Below, piece by piece: positions 9,857 through 20,281 of a DNA stretch of 64,000 nucleotides. The notes below the pieces were generated by a model. That model was not told the origin of the DNA and made no database searches. It saw only the letters and a list, made by a program, of their open reading frames with translations. Position numbers and translations under genes: made by a program. The stretch spans positions 124,001 through 188,000 of the IMG/VR virus record IMGVR_UViG_3300025030_000041; one strand, written 5' to 3'. Positions within the stretch are counted from its first letter, which is position 1; each line of letters starts with the position of its first letter.

Positions 9857-10097
9857 AAAACTCTAAATTTAAATACTTATTTACCAATCTATTATAAAAA
9901 CAGTTAATATAGATAGGGACAAGTATTTGTCTAATTATTTTAAGTTTATTTAAAACTTTTTTTGGTTTTAATAATATATCTTAAATAAATTCTCTTTGAA
10001 AAATACAGACTAGAGTTTGCCTAGCAATAACTAGAGTCTTTCTGGTAGTTGAATAAACTTAACTTCAATCATTGAGAATTATCTTATTTAATTAAAT

Positions 10098-10170
10098 TCC
10101 TCTGTAGCTCAGTTGGTAGAGCACATAACTGTTAATTATGTGGTCGGTGGATCATGCCCATCCAGAGGAG
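10098..10170 (+). tRNA. tRNA-Asn(GTT)
   Basis: acceptor TCCTCTG/CAGAGGA, D arm GCTC/GAGC, anticodon arm CATAA-CTGTTAA-TTATG, discriminator G; atypical T loop, no encoded CCA. Confidence 0.88.
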
Positions 10171-10188
10171 CATAAAAACTTTTATTTT

Positions 10189-10455
10189 ATGAATGATACT
10201 ACTAAATTTAAAGAAAACATTGAAAGTATATTAAATGAAATTGGATCTCTTTTAATAGAAAAAAATAGAAAATACGGTAATTCTGCCCTTAATCCAATTA
10301 GAATTATGAGTAAAGTAGGGCCTACTGAACAGATTCTAATTAGAATAGATGATAAACTAAATCGTATTAAAAATCAGCAATTAGATGAAGACGAGGATGT
10401 TATTAATGATTTAATTGGATATTTAATTTTATTAAAAATTGCAAGAAAAAAATAG
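10189..10455 (+). CDS. DUF1599-like (nucleotide-modification-associated) protein
   Basis: LLIEKNRKYGNS...IRIDDKLNRI...DLIGYLIL; start moved to 10189 because 10138 lies inside the tRNA. Confidence 0.7.
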   Translation: MNDTTKFKENIESILNEIGSLLIEKNRKYGNSALNPIRIMSKVGPTEQILIRIDDKLNRIKNQQLDEDEDVINDLIGYLILLKIARKK

Positions 10456-10492
10456 ATGCTGTAAAATAAATAGTTAAAAAAAACTATTTAAT

Positions 10493-10618
10493 ATGGCAAA
10501 GGGTAAAAACTCCGGAAATTTCAAAATAAGTTTAAATAAAAAGAAAACAAATAGAAAACCAAAAAGTAAAAAAAGAGGAGGTAACTTTAAGCACTCTTTA
10601 TTAGGCCATTCTAAATAG
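10493..10618 (+). CDS. 41-aa highly basic peptide
   Basis: own translation MAKGKNSGNFKISLNKKKTNRKPKSKKRGGNFKHSLLGHSK fills the gap before the topoisomerase gene. Confidence 0.55.
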   Translation: MAKGKNSGNFKISLNKKKTNRKPKSKKRGGNFKHSLLGHSK

Positions 10619-10625
10619 CATATAT

Positions 10626-12467
10626 ATGTCAAAGGAATCTATAGACGGAAAATATAAAAAATTAACAGATATTGAGCATATTTTAATTAGACCTGGAATG
10701 TATATAGGGTCTATTAAACCTCATAAAGAAGTTAAATATATTTTAAATGAGAATAATAAGTTTGAATTAAAAGAGATAGAGTATATTCCAGCATTTATTA
10801 AAATATTTGATGAAATTTTAATAAATTCAGTAGATGAGTCAAAGAGAAAAGGAAGTAAACTTACTACCATAAAAGTTAATATTGATAATAATAAAATTAT
10901 TATTATTGATAACGGAGGAATACCTGTTATTAAGCACACTGAGTACAAGGAGTGGATACCAGAAATGATATTTTCTAATATGAAGTCTGGTAGTAATTTT
11001 AATGATAACGAGCAAAGAGAATCAGCTGGAACTAATGGGGTAGGATCAACTATTACTAATGTATTTTCAACAGAATTCTATATATCAACGTGTGATGGTA
11101 AAAAACGATTTGAACAAACCTTTTCTAATAATATGAGAAGCCGGTCAACCCCTAAAATAACTACCTCAAATAAAAATCACACTATTATATCATATATACC
11201 AGATTTAGAAAAATTTGGTTTGACTGCAATAGATGAAACTCATTTTAATTTAATTAAAAAACGAGTTTACGATATTGCTGGGTGTAACCCAAAATTAAAA
11301 GTTTATTTTAATAATGAAGAAATAAAAATAAAATCATTCCAAGACTATACTAAATATTATATTGATTCCTGTTTTTATGAAGAAGATAAAAGATGGAATA
11401 TTGGAATTGCTTTAAGTACAGACGGATTTCAACAAGTAAGTTTTGCTAATAGTACAGAAACTTATGCTGGTGGAACTCATACTGACTATATAACATCACA
11501 AATTATAAATCAATTACGAGAATATTTTAATAAAAAACATAAAGTTGATATTAAGCCGTCTGATCTTAAAAGTCATTTATTTTTATTCATTAATAGTACT
11601 ATCATAAACCCAGCATTTAATAGTCAAACTAAAGAAAAACTAATAACTGAAACAAAAGATTTTGGGTCAGAATATATTATTACTAATAAAACAATTCAAT
11701 TAATATTAAAATCAGAAATAGTAGAGCACATCTTAGACTGGATACAACGTAAAAAAGATGCAGAAGAAAATAAATTAGCAAGAGAACTTAATAAAAATCT
11801 TAATAAAATTAAAGTTGATAATTTAATTGATGCAAAGGGCAAAGAACGAATGAAATGCTCTATATTTTTATTCGAAGGATTATCAGCAGGAGCAGCTTTT
11901 AGAAAATATAGAGTTCCAGAGTATCAGGGTAGTTTTTCATTAAGAGGTAAATTCATTAATGCAATGGAAATACCAAATTCTAAATTAGTTGAAAATACTG
12001 AAGTTGTTAATATAATGGCGGCAGTTGGTCTTAAATTAGGGCATAAACCTGACTTAAAACAAATTAGATATGGCAAAATAATAATTGCCGTTGATATGGA
12101 TGTAGATGGTAACTCGATTTGTGGGTTACTAATTAATTTCTTTTATAAATATTGGCCCGAATTGTTTGATTATGGTATAATATCGAAATTAGAGTCACCG
12201 TTAGTAGTAGTAAAAAATATAAAAACTAAAAAGAAAATATCTTTCTATTCTCAAACTGATTATGATACCTGGGCAATCTCTAATAATCTTAAAGAATATG
12301 AAGTATCTTATAAAAAAGGATTAGCTGCACTTGTTGAAGAAGAATATAAAGATATAATACAAACTCCTAAATTATTAACATTAAAAAATAATGAGGATAG
12401 TAAAAAATATTTAAATATTTGGTTTGGCAAAGACTCTAATTTACGAAAAATAGAAATTTTGAAATAG
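10626..12467 (+). CDS. type IIA DNA topoisomerase ATPase/TOPRIM subunit (T4 gp39+gp60-like)
   Basis: EHILIRPGMYIGS, EILINSVDE, GTNGVGS (GHKL), FEGLSA and DMDVDG (TOPRIM), YKKGLA. Confidence 0.95.
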   Translation: MSKESIDGKYKKLTDIEHILIRPGMYIGSIKPHKEVKYILNENNKFELKEIEYIPAFIKIFDEILINSVDESKRKGSKLTTIKVNIDNNKIIIIDNGGIPVIKHTEYKEWIPEMIFSNMKSGSNFNDNEQRESAGTNGVGSTITNVFSTEFYISTCDGKKRFEQTFSNNMRSRSTPKITTSNKNHTIISYIPDLEKFGLTAIDETHFNLIKKRVYDIAGCNPKLKVYFNNEEIKIKSFQDYTKYYIDSCFYEEDKRWNIGIALSTDGFQQVSFANSTETYAGGTHTDYITSQIINQLREYFNKKHKVDIKPSDLKSHLFLFINSTIINPAFNSQTKEKLITETKDFGSEYIITNKTIQLILKSEIVEHILDWIQRKKDAEENKLARELNKNLNKIKVDNLIDAKGKERMKCSIFLFEGLSAGAAFRKYRVPEYQGSFSLRGKFINAMEIPNSKLVENTEVVNIMAAVGLKLGHKPDLKQIRYGKIIIAVDMDVDGNSICGLLINFFYKYWPELFDYGIISKLESPLVVVKNIKTKKKISFYSQTDYDTWAISNNLKEYEVSYKKGLAALVEEEYKDIIQTPKLLTLKNNEDSKKYLNIWFGKDSNLRKIEILK

Positions 12468-12471
12468 TTAT

Positions 12472-13809
12472 ATGGAAAAAACTATAAAAGACTTTTTAAA
12501 TGAAGAATATAAAGATTTCTCATTATATACAATAGAACAACGAGCTATTCCATCAGTAATAGATGGGTTTAAGCCAACTGCTCGTAAAATAGTTGCATGT
12601 AGTATTTCAATATGGAAAAACGGAACTGAAAAACCTCTTAAAGTATTTCAATTAGTAGGACAAGTTGCAAGTACAATGCATTATCACCATGGTAACTCTA
12701 GTGCTGAATCTGCTGTTATTACACTAGCCCAAAAATTTAAAAATAATTTACCTCTACTAGATGAAGTTGGCCAATTTGGCTCAATAAGATCTCCTGACCC
12801 AGGCGCAGCTCGATATATTGGAACTAAACTTACTAAAGTATTCAATTTAATTTATAAAGATAATGACTTAGTATCATATAAATATGATGAAGGAGATAAA
12901 ATAGAGCCTAATTACTATTTACCAATTATACCTATGGTTTTAATAAATGGCAGCTCTGGCATAGCAGTTGGATTTAGTAGTAATATCTTAAATAGAAATC
13001 CGTCTGACATTACTAACGCCTGTCTAAATATCCTAAATGATAAAAAATTTTATAAAATAAAACCATTTAATAACTATTTTTCTGGAGAATATAAAAATGA
13101 CCCTGAAAATAATAAAAGATGGATTATTAGAGGTAAATATACTGTAGAAAATACATCAACTATTAAAATAGTAGAACTACCTCCTAGCATGACATATGAA
13201 AAATATGAAAAAGTTTTAGATAAACTAGTTGAAAATAGACATATAGCGTCATATACAGATAATTGTAAAGATAATATCGACTACACTATTAAATTTAATA
13301 GAGAAAAATTAGCAAGTCTAACTGAAGACGAAATATTTAATTTATTAAAACTAGAAGAATCTGAAACTGAAATGTTTTCAACTTTAGACGAATATGGTAA
13401 ACTTAAAATATTTGAAAGTGCAGAAGATATTATTTACTATTTTGTCAATTTCAGACTAAACTTTTATATAAAAAGAAAAAATAGTTTAATAGATAAATTA
13501 AATCATGAACTAAAAATAATAGCAAATAAAGCTAAATTTATTAAAACTATTATTGATAATAAATTATCAATTAATAATCGTAAAAAAGACGATATATGCA
13601 ATGATATAGAAAAACTTAGCCTGGATAAAATAGAAGGGTCCTGGGACTATCTTTTACGATTACCAATATATTCCCTTACTAAGGAGTTATATGATAAATT
13701 AAAGGACGATTTTAAGTTTAAAATAGAAGAGTTGGATAAGCTTAAGAAGAAGGATCCAAAGTCTATGTATATAGAAGATTTAGAAGAACTAAAACGAAAC
13801 TTAAGATAA
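12472..13809 (+). CDS. type IIA DNA topoisomerase breakage-reunion subunit (T4 gp52-like)
   Basis: RAIPSVIDGFKPTARK, YHHGNSS, AARY catalytic tyrosine, LINGSSGIAVGF. Confidence 0.95.
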   Translation: MEKTIKDFLNEEYKDFSLYTIEQRAIPSVIDGFKPTARKIVACSISIWKNGTEKPLKVFQLVGQVASTMHYHHGNSSAESAVITLAQKFKNNLPLLDEVGQFGSIRSPDPGAARYIGTKLTKVFNLIYKDNDLVSYKYDEGDKIEPNYYLPIIPMVLINGSSGIAVGFSSNILNRNPSDITNACLNILNDKKFYKIKPFNNYFSGEYKNDPENNKRWIIRGKYTVENTSTIKIVELPPSMTYEKYEKVLDKLVENRHIASYTDNCKDNIDYTIKFNREKLASLTEDEIFNLLKLEESETEMFSTLDEYGKLKIFESAEDIIYYFVNFRLNFYIKRKNSLIDKLNHELKIIANKAKFIKTIIDNKLSINNRKKDDICNDIEKLSLDKIEGSWDYLLRLPIYSLTKELYDKLKDDFKFKIEELDKLKKKDPKSMYIEDLEELKRNLR

Positions 13810-16623
13810 TCCGAGTTTAAATTCTGCAATTTGTATAGTACTACTCGGGCTTCCTAATGTTCCAGTGATAGAGTATTTAAGTTGAGTACCTGCTGGTAAA
13901 AATATAGTTGGAAGTGATATATAGTAGTGAGTCGGACTAACGTTATCCCTAGTAATTATTTGATTGCTAGTTCCATTCCAAATTTTAAATATAATTTCAA
14001 ATGTTCCAGTCGTACCGCCTAAGTACAAATATATTACTCTATCATATGTTGCTGAGCCAACTAGTATATCGTCTAGCGTTAAGGTAAGCTGGGCCTGCCC
14101 ATATGTTAAAGTCTTATTCAATACTTTAACTCCACTCGTATTCCATTCTAGGTGTGTTGTCTTAGTAGAGGTACCATTATTCGTAGATAACTCACCTCCG
14201 CTATAACCGTTTAAATAAGTTTTACCCTGGGGTGCTGCTAATAAAGTTGGAGTCCACAGGGAACCTACCCCTGCCCCTATAACGGTGGTACCTCCAACTC
14301 CACTCCAAATCGCGCCGCCGCCTGATGTAGTATCAATACCTAATGTTAATATAAAGTCTGAAGAAGATGAATTAAGTGTACTTATTGCTAAGTGCTTAAA
14401 TATATTATTAGCAAAGGCAGAATGAAGATGTAAATTATAGTCTGGACTAGTCGTGCCAATACCAACTTTGCCCAATACTCCAGTTGATGTTGTATTTAAT
14501 ATTAAATTAGTTAATGTAGAATCGGTAATTGAAGTTGCAGTTCGTAAATGGGCTTTACCAGATTCAGTTTTAATAACTAATTCTGGATATAAATTATCAT
14601 AATTTGTAGCAAATCTAAATTCTTTTGAAGTAGATCCTGTATTAAATCTACTTATGTCCGTGGTTACTTGTAAATAGGTAGACTGTGTGATGTCATCTCC
14701 TACGGCGAATTGTCCAGTTGCAGTTTGATTATAAAAATAGAAGTAGTTACTTTGGGAGTCGTCAGCTGGTTTAATCCTAAGCATTGGCATATTAATCTTA
14801 GTCGTTCCAACGTCTCCTGCTAGATTAATCCAAAATTCTGTGTTTTTATTATTATAATCTGCGAAATATAGTCCACCCCATGATTTTTTAGTTATATATC
14901 TTCCACTTGAAGCAATTCCACCAAAAGTTAATCCATAAATATTTGCAGAGTATTCTCCTCCACCTCCTGTTGCTACTGTAGTAGAACTTGGCATTAAATG
15001 AATAGTTCCAATATCTTTATTTAATCCAGCAATATCAATGAGTGGGTGTTGATTAGCATAAGCTGATACATATGAACTTTGTATTAATACTTTTGTAGTA
15101 GAACTAGATCTATTAGTAGAATCTTGTGTTAAACTTAATAAATCAGAATAGTATGTTCCTAGATTATCATATGCATTAGTTAAAACAAATTGTCCATTTC
15201 TTGTATTAATTGCAGCAGTTATTCTATCATTAATACTATTATAATTAATATCAGGAGTTCCACTAGTTTTATTATTTCTAAGAGTAAATCCTATTATTGG
15301 TACATTAGAATCTGAGGTGCTTCTATATCCTGGATTTAATACAATTCCATAGTCGGTTGTATCAGTCGAGTTTCGGGTGTCGTCATTACGTATATATAAT
15401 CCTGTTGATTTAAAGTTATCAGTTACTAGTGTAACAGTAAAAGTTCTATGATATTCTATAGCAAAATTACTTACATTATTTTCCGCAAGTCTACTATATC
15501 TTAGTAAATTTAAAGTAGTATTTTTAGTATATCCAAAAATTTGATTATTTGTATTAACATCTATTAAAGCGTTAACAGTTTCTCCACCTTTAAATATTCC
15601 TATTTTTTCATTATCAAATCTAGTATATTCAGTTGTTCCATTTGTTCCACCAAAAAAATTAATACTAGATACATTTCTTTTAAATAAAATATTATTAGTT
15701 CCTTGCTCCCAACCTATTCCAAATTTATTAGTTCCTAGTTCTAGAGTTGTGCCATTCAGCCAACTAGATTTACCAATTCTAAATACATGTTCTTTATCAG
15801 AAGGATTAGTTTTATCTCTAGTGATAATATTCATACTTGTATTAAAATCTGTTCCAGGTTCAGCTGATCCAATAGTAGATAATAATAAATTTAATTGAAA
15901 TTCGCCATTAGTTGGAGTTCCAGTATAATCATAACTAAGTTTTGCTGTTTCGTTTTTATCAGTTAGTCTAGTAATAGGAGTTCCTGACGTATAATCATCT
16001 GTAAAAAATGATCCTATTGCTATATGGTATCTTGCACTATTATTTTTTCTAAAAATTGATAATAATGAATTATATAGTCCAGTATTTGAAAAATTTTTAT
16101 TAGTAATCGTAGAAGATAATGGGTCAAAATTTGTTAATAATAAGGAGTCGTTAAATATATCTGGACCATCATTATTATTTTTAAATACAATAAATTGATT
16201 TTCATTACCAGGTATAGCAATATCGGATATTAGTCTTTTAAATTCATTTCCAGTTTGAGCAAAAATTGGATTAGAAAATGAAAAAGAAGTTGGAACGAAT
16301 ACGTTTGAACTTTCTATCCAACTGTATACGTCACCTGTACTTGTATTTACCCAAAGATCACCGTCTAATATTTCAGGAATAGGACTAGTTAATGATGGGT
16401 CAGTTGATGAAATTAGCCATTGTGTTCCTCTATCTCCAGTATCTCCTGTTATTCCTTTAGGTCCAGGAGGCCCGGGAATACCTTGGTCTCCTTGCTCTCC
16501 AGCTTCTCCGATTGTTCCTATTCCAAGTTCTAATAATTTGCGTAAATTATAATTTATTTTCTCAGTATAAATTGATTGAGAGTCTGAACTAAATAATTCT
16601 TTTATATTAATTTTAATTGCCAA
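13801..16623 (-). CDS. tail fibre-like structural protein with collagen-like segment
   Basis: Gly-X-Y run GEAGEQGDQGIPGPPGPKGITGDTGDRG followed by RGTQW..DGDLWVNTSTGDVY; VGIGTTSP motif; Thr/Gly/Asn-rich. Confidence 0.65.
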   Translation of the reverse strand: MAIKINIKELFSSDSQSIYTEKINYNLRKLLELGIGTIGEAGEQGDQGIPGPPGPKGITGDTGDRGTQWLISSTDPSLTSPIPEILDGDLWVNTSTGDVYSWIESSNVFVPTSFSFSNPIFAQTGNEFKRLISDIAIPGNENQFIVFKNNNDGPDIFNDSLLLTNFDPLSSTITNKNFSNTGLYNSLLSIFRKNNSARYHIAIGSFFTDDYTSGTPITRLTDKNETAKLSYDYTGTPTNGEFQLNLLLSTIGSAEPGTDFNTSMNIITRDKTNPSDKEHVFRIGKSSWLNGTTLELGTNKFGIGWEQGTNNILFKRNVSSINFFGGTNGTTEYTRFDNEKIGIFKGGETVNALIDVNTNNQIFGYTKNTTLNLLRYSRLAENNVSNFAIEYHRTFTVTLVTDNFKSTGLYIRNDDTRNSTDTTDYGIVLNPGYRSTSDSNVPIIGFTLRNNKTSGTPDINYNSINDRITAAINTRNGQFVLTNAYDNLGTYYSDLLSLTQDSTNRSSSTTKVLIQSSYVSAYANQHPLIDIAGLNKDIGTIHLMPSSTTVATGGGGEYSANIYGLTFGGIASSGRYITKKSWGGLYFADYNNKNTEFWINLAGDVGTTKINMPMLRIKPADDSQSNYFYFYNQTATGQFAVGDDITQSTYLQVTTDISRFNTGSTSKEFRFATNYDNLYPELVIKTESGKAHLRTATSITDSTLTNLILNTTSTGVLGKVGIGTTSPDYNLHLHSAFANNIFKHLAISTLNSSSSDFILTLGIDTTSGGGAIWSGVGGTTVIGAGVGSLWTPTLLAAPQGKTYLNGYSGGELSTNNGTSTKTTHLEWNTSGVKVLNKTLTYGQAQLTLTLDDILVGSATYDRVIYLYLGGTTGTFEIIFKIWNGTSNQIITRDNVSPTHYYISLPTIFLPAGTQLKYSITGTLGSPSSTIQIAEFKLGLS

Positions 16624-16664
16624 AATGTATAAATTCTTTTTGTATAAATTTATTTATTTAAAGT

Positions 16665-17495
16665 TTAAAGTATTTCATTAATATCAGAAGATGTAATATT
16701 ATTTTGAGTAGTATCATCTGTATTATTTGTTCTAATCATATCATCTGAAATATTTAATGTTTTCATTAGTTCAGATTTCATATTTGGATTAGTTAAAGCA
16801 TATGACTCTTTATCTTTATTTAGTTCTTTTATTTTTTCAATTGGAATTTCTTCATTAATTTGTTTTATTAAATTACGTGTTCCTACTCCAACATAATATT
16901 CATTTTTTAATATTTCAGTCGGAGTAGACATAGAGTCAATATTATGAGTATTTGTAGTATATTCTTCTTGATTATTTTTTTCCTGATAGTCTAATTTTAA
17001 TTTTTTATATGAATCTTCTAAGAATAATAAATAATTTGCCTTTGTTTTAATTACATTAGTTAGTTGTCCTTGCATTGCTGACATAACTTCTAGTAGTCTA
17101 GGGTGAGTATTTCCGCTTGTTATTTCTTCCATTGCCTTCTTAATGCATATCTTTATAGTTTCTAATTGAAACTCAATATCATTCATACTCTCCTCATCTA
17201 GACGTTTCTTATATTTAAAGTAATCGTCATTATTTATTACACCGAGGTCTATGTAAAAATTAAAAAGACTAGTTAAAAGTTCGTTGCTTTTTATTTTAAA
17301 TTTAGATTCCATTTCATCAAAATTTATTAATGATACTGTATCATTTGCTAAATCTGATATTGTACTTTTTAATTCATCTTGATTATTATTTAATTCGTCT
17401 GAAATTTTAGTATTAGAATCTAAATTTAATAAAGACTCAATTTCTTCTTTTAATGCAATCTTTTTATCTTTATTTAAAATATTTTTATTTGACAT
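16665..17495 (-). CDS. probable terminase small subunit (T4 gp16-like)
   Basis: HPRLLEVMSAMQ resembles the HPRxYEV motif of T4-like gp16; helical. Confidence 0.5.
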   Translation of the reverse strand: MSNKNILNKDKKIALKEEIESLLNLDSNTKISDELNNNQDELKSTISDLANDTVSLINFDEMESKFKIKSNELLTSLFNFYIDLGVINNDDYFKYKKRLDEESMNDIEFQLETIKICIKKAMEEITSGNTHPRLLEVMSAMQGQLTNVIKTKANYLLFLEDSYKKLKLDYQEKNNQEEYTTNTHNIDSMSTPTEILKNEYYVGVGTRNLIKQINEEIPIEKIKELNKDKESYALTNPNMKSELMKTLNISDDMIRTNNTDDTTQNNITSSDINEIL

Positions 17496-17499
17496 ATCG

Positions 17500-18393
17500 T
17501 TAACTATAAACTTTTCCTTTTACATCAATTAATTCTCTTACTTCTTTTTGTGTAAATTTCTTTATATTATTATCAATCCAAACATTTCCTTTAACTATTT
17601 CAGGGGCTCCGTCAAGACTAGTTAGCATATTGTTATTACACATAAAACTTTCATTAATTATTCGTGGAGTTCCAATTAAATTAGTTAATATATTATAAGC
17701 ACACTTAAAGTATCTACTGACTATATTAGGGCCGCCTTCAAGACTAGTTAAGTTATTATTAGAACAATCAAAATATCCATTAACTGCAGTAGGACATCCT
17801 TCTAGACTAGTTAGTTTATTAGTATTACAATCAACATATCCATTAATCAATTTAGGCAAGTTGACTAGACTAGTTAAGTTATTATAAGAACAACTAAACG
17901 CACCACTTACTGTTTTTGGACCTCCTTCAAGACTAGTTAAGTTATTATTAGAACAATCAAAATATCCATTAACTGTAACAGGAGCTCCTTCAAGACTAGT
18001 TAAATTATTAGCATAACAATAAAAATTTCCATTCACTATAGTAGGAGATCCGTCTAAACTAGTTAAGGCATTATCAGAACAATCAAAAAAACCATCTATT
18101 TCATCTATACTTAATACTCTTAAATCATTTATACCTTTCACTCTAACATTACCTATTATTACTTTAATATTTTTAAAGTCTTCTATATTAGTATGCCCTA
18201 TACTAATAGCTTCATTAATAGGTTTCACTACAAATATTTGGTCTTTGGTATAACCTTTATTAAGGTAAGGAATAAGTAAGTCATCCCATCTTTCTTTTAG
18301 CCTTCTAGGTATAAATATATCTTTAGCGCTAAGCTTAGGAGTAGGGCTTTCTTCTTCAGATATAAATTGTTCAAATAGTTTTATATGTTTCAT
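17500..18393 (-). CDS. capsid-targeted LRR protein, paralogue 3 (8 repeats)
   Basis: conserved N-terminal core plus eight 21-aa repeats. Confidence 0.85.
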   Translation of the reverse strand: MKHIKLFEQFISEEESPTPKLSAKDIFIPRRLKERWDDLLIPYLNKGYTKDQIFVVKPINEAISIGHTNIEDFKNIKVIIGNVRVKGINDLRVLSIDEIDGFFDCSDNALTSLDGSPTIVNGNFYCYANNLTSLEGAPVTVNGYFDCSNNNLTSLEGGPKTVSGAFSCSYNNLTSLVNLPKLINGYVDCNTNKLTSLEGCPTAVNGYFDCSNNNLTSLEGGPNIVSRYFKCAYNILTNLIGTPRIINESFMCNNNMLTSLDGAPEIVKGNVWIDNNIKKFTQKEVRELIDVKGKVYS

Positions 18394-19676
18394 TATGCTC
18401 CAAAACCTATAATATTAAGAAAATTATTTAAATCATGACTACTAAAAATATTATCTGCGGCGTCATACGCTTCTAATTTACCATTTGGAAAGCTAACTAC
18501 TGCAACTTTAAATAAATCTTCTATTTTTGAGGGTTTTAACTCTCTTTTTAGTTTTTCAACTCTATTAATAAACGATTTTTCAGTTTTTAGTTTTGATTTT
18601 ATTATATTAGACCTAATATCTACATAATAAAATGTTACGTTATCACTATACTGATACTTTATCCAATGAGTATTAGTATTAGCCGTAGTACACCATTTTG
18701 TTCCTGCCCCGTATATACAAGACGCTTCATGAGTATGAGGCACTATAATAAACATATCAGAGTTATCTACAATAATGTCAGCTTGCTTTTTAATACCTCT
18801 TTCAAATTCACTTTTTGTTTTTATTTTATTTAATTCTTCTACTAAATCATATAATTCTTTAAAAGTTTTAAAACGATTTATATCTTTTTTTTCTACTGGA
18901 ACAACTCTTTTATTTAAGAGAGCGTCATATTCTTCTATTTTATTTCTAATATCATTAATACCAATTCCTTCTAAATAAGATTTACCCATAAATGGTAAAT
19001 ACTTTTTAGTTTTACTAGGATCTATAGATACTAATTGATTAAAAATATCCTCAGGTATAAGATTAGTTTCTAAATATTTTTGTTTAGCTATTTTAACTGA
19101 CTCGTCAGTTCTTTCTCCTTTACTTGCAGCAAACCATTTTGAACTAAAATACTCTAAATCTTTATAATCTAGCTTCTTGAGACTTTCTTTAACATTATCA
19201 TCAATATATCCAAGTTCGTTTAACCTTGCATATAAGTCATTAAACAAATTTATGTTGCTGTGATAAAAGTCTGTATCTTCATGCATACTAATTAAAAAGT
19301 CTATCATATCTTCTTTAGTTTTGAAGTATGTACTTTCTTTTACTGCAAATTTACCGTTATTCCAACTTTGCATTCCAGGCAATTTTCTTTTATCTTCTTC
19401 TGGTTTAAATGTACCTTCTACTTTAGAATCAAATTCAGTATACTTAGGAGTATCGGCCTTATGCCTTCCTTTAGAAGAACCAATTATAGATCTATATGTA
19501 TAATCATAATGAGGATGTTTAAAATTTTCGCCTCTATCTATCTCATGTTGATACCCTTTTAAAATTTTAGGGTAATCCTTAAATTCTATACGTTTAGACG
19601 CTCCGCCTTCTTTTACCCATTTAAGATAACCTTCATAATCTAAAAGATCTCTTCTTTTTACATTAAATGTATCCAT
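18393..19676 (-). CDS. multi-domain phage protein with C-terminal ASCxYGxGTKWC module
   Basis: 427-aa ORF; PHTHEASCIYGAGTKWCT motif; several VKE/LxE sites. Confidence 0.55.
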   Translation of the reverse strand: MDTFNVKRRDLLDYEGYLKWVKEGGASKRIEFKDYPKILKGYQHEIDRGENFKHPHYDYTYRSIIGSSKGRHKADTPKYTEFDSKVEGTFKPEEDKRKLPGMQSWNNGKFAVKESTYFKTKEDMIDFLISMHEDTDFYHSNINLFNDLYARLNELGYIDDNVKESLKKLDYKDLEYFSSKWFAASKGERTDESVKIAKQKYLETNLIPEDIFNQLVSIDPSKTKKYLPFMGKSYLEGIGINDIRNKIEEYDALLNKRVVPVEKKDINRFKTFKELYDLVEELNKIKTKSEFERGIKKQADIIVDNSDMFIIVPHTHEASCIYGAGTKWCTTANTNTHWIKYQYSDNVTFYYVDIRSNIIKSKLKTEKSFINRVEKLKRELKPSKIEDLFKVAVVSFPNGKLEAYDAADNIFSSHDLNNFLNIIGFGA

Positions 19677-19699
19677 TATACTAACTTTATTTTTTATTT

Positions 19700-20275
19700 T
19701 TAAACATAAACTTTTCCTTTAACATCAACTACTCCTTTTACCTCTTCTTCGGTAAAGTTCTTTGTATTATCATTAATAGCAAAGTCGTCATTAACTACTT
19801 TAGGAGCTCCTTTAAGGTTAGTTAGTTTGTTATGACTGCAATAAAATCCAGCGTTAACTATAATAGGAGCTCCTTCTAGACTAGTTAACGTATTATTACT
19901 ACAAAAATAATCTTTAGTTACTAATAATTTAGGTCCTCCTTTTAAGCTAGTTAATCTATTAAATGAACAATTGAAATCTCCAGACACTTCATCTAAATTT
20001 AATTCTTTTAAAATATCTCCATTTATTATAACATCACCTATTATTACTTTAATATCCTTAAATTCTTTTACATTATTTTTAGTTATCTCTAGCTCTTCAT
20101 CAAGGGGTTTAGCAACGAATATTTGTTCTTTAGTATAACCTTTATTAAGGTAAGGAAGTACTAAGTCATCCCACCTTTCTTTTAGTCTCCTAGGTATAAA
20201 GATGTCTTTAGCACTAAGTTTAGGTTTCTTAGAGTCTTCAAGTATAAATTGTTCAAATAGTTTTATAGGTTTCAC
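19700..20275 (-). CDS. capsid-targeted LRR protein, paralogue 4 (3 repeats, GTG start)
   Basis: MKPIKLFEQFILED plus family core and repeats. Confidence 0.85.
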   Translation of the reverse strand: MKPIKLFEQFILEDSKKPKLSAKDIFIPRRLKERWDDLVLPYLNKGYTKEQIFVAKPLDEELEITKNNVKEFKDIKVIIGDVIINGDILKELNLDEVSGDFNCSFNRLTSLKGGPKLLVTKDYFCSNNTLTSLEGAPIIVNAGFYCSHNKLTNLKGAPKVVNDDFAINDNTKNFTEEEVKGVVDVKGKVYV

Positions 20276-20281
20276 GTTATA

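Noticed and set aside
10138-10188. ORF start at 10138
   Set aside because: It overlaps the tRNA-Asn 3' half; ATG 10189 gives the complete domain.
17640-18070. TAAC/GTTA inside LRR repeats (TTAACTAGT) as cassette cores
   Set aside because: It is simply the Leu-Thr-Ser coding sequence and lacks the ATK-N5 prefix, hairpin arms and TGTTA partner.
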